A stretch of 64,000 nt of DNA from Chloropicon primus (Eukaryota), in assembly GCA_023205875.1 (NCBI GenBank), contig CP060768.1, positions 310,001 to 374,000 of the forward strand, given 5' to 3'. This document shows positions 57,564 to 64,000 of the stretch, piece by piece. Each line of letters begins with the position of its first letter. The first letter of the stretch is position 1. A program made the translations under genes and the position numbers. The notes under the pieces were generated by a model. The model was not told the DNA's origin. It did not search any database and worked only from the letters and a program-made list of their open reading frames with translations.

Positions 57564-59066
57564 ATGAAGTCGAGCGCTGCGAAGCACATGTCGCTCCTGG
57601 TCCTGGCCCTGGCCCTGTCGTTGTCGTGCCTTGGCTCGTCGGCTTTGGCCGCCAATGAGACCGACCCTTCATCCGCCGCGCTGCCTCCTGCGAGCGGGAC
57701 CATGTCCGAGGAGGAAGAGTTGGCGGAGCTCAGCTCGGTGTTTATGCCTATTGTAAAGGAAGGATCCAATGCTTTCAAGGCAATGAAGGATGAGGTCGGT
57801 AAGAAGTGCACCGCGGAGTACCCCCCGAGCTCCTTCCCCGCCACTGAGGACGGCCTCGTGGAGATGGTGGAGAACTACACGAGGTGCTTCTCTGATAAGC
57901 TCGGGTTCCCTATTGCCACCGGGTACCGAGGACCCCTCGCCGAGGAGGAGGCCATCTTCACCACCCGCAAGCCCGCGTCCAACTGGACCGGGATCAGCGA
58001 GGGTCAGCTCGTGCCCTCCGGCTCCGTGATGAAGAGCTTCTTGGGCGTGGCGGCCTTCAACGTTCTCAACAGCACCGAGGGCGCCGTGACTTGGGACACC
58101 CCAATGTACCCCTTCGTGAATCGCGTGCTCTCCCGGGACTTCAACACGAGCTTGGACGAGCTCTTTGATGACAAGCGCATCAAGGACGTGACCATTCAGC
58201 AGCTCCTGTCGATGACCTCCGGCCTCCAGGACTACGGCGAAGACATGGCGCCAGAGTTCATCGGTTATGGCCCGGGGAACACCCAGGAAGCAAGCTTCAC
58301 TCCCATTGAGTACATTGACAACATGATCCAGACCTGGGGGAACAAGCTGAAATGTGATCCGGGAACCTGCCACTACTATTCAAGCAACGGTTTTGCGTTT
58401 GCAGGCATGATGCTGGTCGACATCTTGGGTTTGGACTCGTGGAAGGATTTGGACATTCTGGAGCTCGCGTTTCAATCAAACCCGGGGCTCAAGTCGGAGT
58501 TCAACAACACGGTTGCTTCAACCCCCAACAAGTTGTGCTCCGAGTACGGGCAGCTCCCCGATGGCAGCAACAGGGTTGTCAGCCAGTGGAGTGAAAATGG
58601 CACAAATTTGTATGACTATGACTGTTTCGATGGGTGGGCGTTCGGAAACCTCATGATCGACGCCCCAGACACCGCGAGCTGGTTCTGGCACCTCTACGGG
58701 TTGAGAGATATCCTGGGCACGGAGGACGTGGACCTGATGCTCACCCCGACCAACACGTCTTCCACTTACGGTCTTGCTTCCGAAATCAATTCAATGCAGT
58801 GGCAGGGAAATTTGAACAACCGGTACTCGTGGGCTGGACACATGGGGACGGACTGGGGCTCCTCCAACAATGGAGCTGGTCTCTTCATGCCGAATGCGAA
58901 GGACAACGGCAAAGAGAGGGCGTTTGCCCTGTCCTTGACGCAGAACGACCTTTCCATCCACGGAGAAGACGATTTTGCTCAGACAACTTCGCTGACGAGG
59001 GCCTCCACCGTCTACTTGGCGAACGCGATCATACAGCTCCTGGAGAAGAACTTTGAGGACAGCTAA
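57564..59066 (+). CDS. Secreted serine hydrolase, beta-lactamase/PBP fold, copy B
   Basis: Same length and motifs as copy A, with GHMG in place of GHQG. Confidence 0.85.
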   Translation: MKSSAAKHMSLLVLALALSLSCLGSSALAANETDPSSAALPPASGTMSEEEELAELSSVFMPIVKEGSNAFKAMKDEVGKKCTAEYPPSSFPATEDGLVEMVENYTRCFSDKLGFPIATGYRGPLAEEEAIFTTRKPASNWTGISEGQLVPSGSVMKSFLGVAAFNVLNSTEGAVTWDTPMYPFVNRVLSRDFNTSLDELFDDKRIKDVTIQQLLSMTSGLQDYGEDMAPEFIGYGPGNTQEASFTPIEYIDNMIQTWGNKLKCDPGTCHYYSSNGFAFAGMMLVDILGLDSWKDLDILELAFQSNPGLKSEFNNTVASTPNKLCSEYGQLPDGSNRVVSQWSENGTNLYDYDCFDGWAFGNLMIDAPDTASWFWHLYGLRDILGTEDVDLMLTPTNTSSTYGLASEINSMQWQGNLNNRYSWAGHMGTDWGSSNNGAGLFMPNAKDNGKERAFALSLTQNDLSIHGEDDFAQTTSLTRASTVYLANAIIQLLEKNFEDS

Positions 59067-59748
59067 TCGGAACAACCCTTACCCAGGGCCCTCCCTGGCT
59101 GGGCAACGAATGGTGCCTATCATTATTGAACATAAGAACATATTTAATGAACCCCTATTTAATCAAGCTAGCTAATCAAGAAAACACTTCTCCTCACCGA
59201 GTGTTATAACCTCCATCTCCAAACTCCAACTCGTGGAACTCTCGTGGACAATCTCGTGCACCTCTCTTGTCCTCTTCTCCTCGCTCGTGAGGTTTGCTTA
59301 AGCCAATCCTCTCGTCGTCCTCCCTTTCTTGGTCTTCTGACTTCATAAGACAGAACACTCCGATCCAATCCACCCCAGCACTGTGGTTTCCACTCCAATG
59401 GTCTCTTGTCAAGTTTTCCAACCCTTCCCCAAGGGAATCGAACAACCCACCTCGTTGTCCTTCTCCTTCTCCTTCTCCTTCTCCTTCTCCTTCGTCTTAT
59501 CCTTTCCCTTTGCCTTTGCCTTTCCCTTTTCAGTCGGCTGGACACGTCTCAAGCAGCTGGGAGTTCTCGAGGGCTCAGAACTCAAACCTGCAGGACATCT
59601 GGTGGGCGAACAACCGAGCCGAGGAGGTGAGTGGAGTCTGTCGTGCAGAGGGAAGAGAAGGGGCGAGGGTGAGGAAGCGGTCTGGGCTCGTCCACTCGTG
59701 CTCTTTTCGTTTGACCCTCACCCCACCCCACCTCCCTCTGTCGCCAAG

Positions 59749-60637
59749 CTCGAGAAGGCGTTTAACCGGACTGGAGCCTTGCAGAAAGACTACACAAACA
59801 AGTTGGAGCAGCAACTCGAGGAGCTCAAGGGCATCCTGGGGAGCAAGCAGGCGCAGGTGACGTACCTCGAGGACAAGGTGGGCAACCTGAAAGAGAATTA
59901 CGGGGAGAAGCTGTCTCAGGCCCAAGCCAAGATCGCTGCCTTGGAACAGGAGCAGAGAAGGTACAAGCACTCGCACACGCAGGAGCGAGCGAGACTGTCG
60001 GAGAACCTTCAGAGAGACCTTTCTGCTTTGAACGTTCAAGTGCGACAACTGAATCAGAGCAAAACGGAACTGGAGAAGCAAGTGGAGCGGCTCAGCATCG
60101 AGAACAGCGTCCTGAAGAGGAAGGAGAAAGTGTCCCCGGCTTCAGTCTTCGAGTTCGACGTCAATCGCGTCTCCAAGTTAGAGAAAGAGATGCAAGAGTG
60201 CAAGCAGCAGCTTGGCTTGGAGAAGGCGAGGAACGCGAAGCTGCAGAAGAAGATACAAAAGCTCGAGGAGGAGAGCCGCAAGGTGAGCCCATCACCCGAC
60301 GTGGGAACCCGGGTGCGAGGGTTTTGGACGACCTGCAGACACTGACAAAGCCGGTTTGGTTTCTTTCCTCCTCCCTTCGGTTCGATCGATGCAGGCGGAC
60401 TTGGTGATGAGCGAGAAGTACAGGAATTTCGCGGACATGAAGGTCCCCTACAAGGAGCAACTGAGGAGGGAGAACGAAGAGCTGAGGAGCAGCCTCTTGG
60501 CGAGCACCTTGGCGACCGACCCCGCGGCGAAGCAAAAGGAGCTCGACGACATCCACCTCAACTGGGTGAACAGAGTCTTGAACTCCGGGCACTTTGAAGG
60601 ATCCGTTTGTGGAAACAGCTGGTGGTCCTCCTATTGA
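59749..60637 (+). CDS. 5'-rearranged duplicate of the coiled-coil gene (chimeric or pseudogene)
   Basis: Identical to copy 1 from LEKAFNRTG onward; the upstream sequence is unrelated. Confidence 0.5.
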
Positions 60638-60870
60638 AGGCTCGAGAGCGAGGAGCAAAGTAAACAAAATGTAAACAAAAGAACTTTTCAAGAACAACAA
60701 CGCAGTGCGACATCCTCTCTCCCTCTTCTCGTCTCTTCTGATCATCCAATCGTAACGCTTCTTCGCCATTTTGCTTTGGCCTTCTTCCTCTTCAGAGATC
60801 GAGATGGGGACGGGAGGACCACGGCGCTTCTGTCTACGAGAGCGGGCGCGCTGTTCCCTTTGAGCGCAGC

Positions 60871-63800
60871 ATGGACGGAAGCGAAGAGGAGGAGGAACTC
60901 GGCGACAGAGTGCTGGACCACCTGACCGCGCGTTACTTGCGACATGAGAGTGAAAGCGGGGGGGCGGCTGGTCGGGAAGGGTTTGACTCGCACACCGTGT
61001 TCTTCGGGCTCTTCCTGCGGACCGTGCGGATGGAGAGGGTTTTCCTCGACGGCTTCGCGAGGCTCCACCAAAGGAACGTGTACTTGGGCCTCGTCGTCCT
61101 CCTCGTTGTTCTCATCGTGTACCAGCTGTACACGTTCCCAGCTGCCTCGCAGCAAGACCGCTGGTGCAGCGAAAACAATCTCGAAAACAGCTTATGCACC
61201 TCGGTGGCGATTTTGGAACCCGGGCAGAGCGAAGCGTCCTACCTAAGTGAACAGCTCGCATATGTGTGGCGGGTCTCTTATTCTGTGCTGGTCGGAATGT
61301 CGGTCGTTGGCGCGGCCGTGAACTGGTTCGTGCATCGATCCAGCAGAGTGAAGGAGAAGTCTTGGGCGATGCTCATTCTCTTTTTGACTCCATATATAGG
61401 GTAGGTCTTTCTACGCACCGCAGTAGGACTTTCGTTGCTCTTCCTTACTGACTCTTATCTTCCTGGAAAGATACTCCGTTTATGCCTTGGTCCTCGTGTA
61501 CGATAACCCCGATAACTGGCTGACGACCCCTACCGATGCCAAGGCCTATGTCATCCTCGTGGTTGGGCTGTTCACCTTCATCTCAGGCGCAAGCCTGTTC
61601 GCTTTCGTTGCCTTGTTCATGGCTGTTGCTGTCATCTGTTCGTCGGCCCTATTCGTGGTCCAAATGCAATACCTGGATTATCCACGAAATAGGAGAATTT
61701 TGAGAGCATCCTTTGCCGAGTCCATGTTCCAGATACTCGTCTTCTTCTCAATCTCCCTCGCAGGTAAGCCCCAGCCGCGCCTTCTCCCTGCCTTTCTTCG
61801 ACTGACTTGATTTGTGTCCCCAGGCTCGTTCTGGAGAGAGGTCATCAACAAGAGGCAGTTTCTCTTGCGTATTCTGATGGCGGACCAGCAGGAGGAGATT
61901 ATCCGCAGTAAGACGCAAAACACAACGCTGCAAAAGCGTCTGCTGAACAGCATGCTGCCTGATGCCATTGTAGATCGACTCCAGGAGCTTGACTTCCAAG
62001 TTCAAACGTGGGATCAGCTCAGAGGCATGTCAAGGCGCCACTCTGGAGTCTGCATCGCGTTTGCTGAGCTGGACGGCTTCACAGAGTTCTCTGCCCAGGT
62101 GTCTCCCCCGCGGGTGATGGAGTACCTCTGCGACCTCTTTCTGACCTTCGATGGATTGTGCGATGACTATGACGTGTACAAGGTGGAGACTGTGGGAGAC
62201 CAGTATGTGGCCGCCGTCGGTGTTGTCACGGGAAAAATGCACAACGAAGAAGTGCGCGAAGATGAGGATGGGGAAGGCTTCGGTGCGCTGAGAAGGTCTG
62301 TGAACGTCTCTGTCAAGGACGCTTCCAAATTCAACACCGAGCAGATTCTTGGATTCTCAAAGGCCATTATCGACGGGTCACGACTAGTCAATGTTCCCGA
62401 GGGAGCAGACACACACCCTCGTTTGCGCGTAAGTACCAACCTCTGAGGCGACGACCTGAGGCAACCTTGCGCTGACTCCTGTTTGCTTCATTTCCTTCAG
62501 GTTGGCATCCACGTAGGCCCTTGCATGAGCGGGATCGTCGGCCAACGGAACTTTCGGTTCTGCCTGTTCGGCGACACAATGAACACAGCAGCGAGGATGG
62601 AGCAGAAAGGCGAGCCTGATTGCATCCACGCGACGCAGGATGTAGTCGATCTCGTTCCTCACGCTTCTTGGGAGAAGCTACAAAGGATGGAAGTCAAGGG
62701 CAAGGGCGTCATGCAAACGTATTTGCTTCGGTCGAACAAGGAAATCCTCACGGATAGCAGACCTCTTACGGCGCAAGATGCTTTCCTTGCAAGCCCCTTG
62801 ATTCACAGGATTGCCTCGTTTGGAACAGGGACGAGTGCTTGGACCTCGACCAATACTGCCGAATCCTTTCGAGTTGGGTCTTACCAAGACATTCAGCCCG
62901 TGACCAGCGAAGTGTATAGCGAGCACACCTTTTGCTTTGGTCTGTTCTTCCGTAAGGCTAGGGTAGAGAAATGCTTTTTGGACGCCCTTGCCAGATCGGA
63001 TAAGAACATGGTTTACGCCGGCTACCTCTTGTATGTTGTGGTGCTTCTGTCCAACTATATTTACGGGTATTTCCGTTTTTATGTGGTGTGCGATGACATA
63101 GGGACGCTGGATTCTATGGAATCTTTCAACGAAGGCTTGGATAGCTTGGCGTGCTTGTATTACTTGGGTAGTGACCCCTTCTTGTCCCAGAACAATAGTG
63201 CCAGCACGATGACATCGTATAAGAACATCGTGCGAGCCTCAGCATTCAATCTGACTCCAGGGAGCGCGGCTCTTCTCCTTGGACTCGTTGTGTTGGGCTG
63301 CGCATCTCACTTTTACATCCACAAATCGCGTAGGTTCGTTCACAAGTATTGGGCACTTCTCAACGTATGGGTGTTCTACCTGATGTTGTATGGGAGCATG
63401 CTGGGCACAACAATCCTTACCAAGAGGAAAGATTCGTCCACCTCCCAGTGGACAGAGGCTCTCTGGTTCATATCCGTGACAATGGATACTCTGCAAACTG
63501 TGTTCGCTCGATCTGGCTTCCCCATGCATTTCATTTTCCTCATGATTGGGAGCGGCATAACTCTGGGCTGGGGGATGACGGAGCTTGCGAAGGTGAAAGA
63601 GGCTAGTTTCAGCGACAAAAATGGCGATAATCAGTGGATTGGGAGCCTCGACATTCAGGCTGGGCTTGCTCCAACAAGGAGTACCTCCAGCGTCATTCAA
63701 CTTGCTTTCTTTCTTTTGTGCTTCAATGTCATTTTGGTCATTGGAGCTTACCAGGAGGACATCTCGAACAGAAAAAGGTTTTTGCAGAGCATGCTCTTAC

Positions 63801-64000
63801 TCAGGCAGCAGGACGAGATTATCGCTCAGAAGAGGAAGACGGAGAAGCTGCAGAAGAGCTTCCTGGAAAGCATCCTTCCTTCAAATCTTGTGGAGCAGCT
63901 GCAAGAGGAAGACAGGTCTGCCCTCTCCTTGTCCCAAAGGCACATAGGCGTCAGCATCCTTTACGCTGACCTCGTTGGGTTCACCGCATTCTGCAAGCAG
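60871..64000 (+). CDS. Second copy of the membrane guanylyl cyclase, 3'-truncated by the window edge
   Basis: Matches 51433-54562. Confidence 0.85.

Larger units (their letters stand above)
59747..64000 (+). repeat. Segmental direct duplication of 50309-54562 (offset 9438), running off the window
   Basis: Identical ORF translations recur at a constant offset; no differences seen by eye. Confidence 0.95.

Noticed and set aside
55251..59310. Transposon carrying the hydrolase genes
   Set aside because: No transposase or reverse transcriptase, terminal inverted repeats or target-site duplication seen.
1..64000. tRNA, rRNA or spliceosomal snRNA genes
   Set aside because: No recognisable conserved signatures by eye; a covariance-model scan was not possible.

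Overview
Eukaryotic nuclear DNA from a compact, GC-rich, gene-dense genome with few, short GT-AG introns and strong CTGAC/CTAAC branch points. The plant-like housekeeping genes suggest a small green alga, possibly Chloropicon-like; this is inference. About 29 protein genes: an LRR protein, two paralogous HMG-box genes, NEMP-like, TFB2, CSL4, LRRC72-like, PLP3/TXNDC9, PLAC8, CFAP74-like, an ADP1-type ABCG, PRA1, a DAO-family oxidoreductase, ARP4, UFM1, eIF5, RPF1, WW and ARM proteins, TM9SF, a GATase-BLOC1S2 fusion and MCM9. From about 50 kb lies a recently rearranged block: a coiled-coil gene and a two-domain membrane guanylyl cyclase, duplicated at a 9438-bp offset around two tandem secreted beta-lactamase-fold genes. 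Best leads: a telomerase-RNA-like structured non-coding locus (about 38.70-38.89 kb), the cyclase with inverted C1/C2 roles, the GATase-BLOC1S2 fusion, patchy divergence between the beta-lactamase-fold copies, a 170-bp tandem repeat with an H/ACA-like hairpin, an intron splitting the UFM1 start codon, and a poor-context eIF5 uORF. All exon boundaries and family calls were made by eye, with no database searches.
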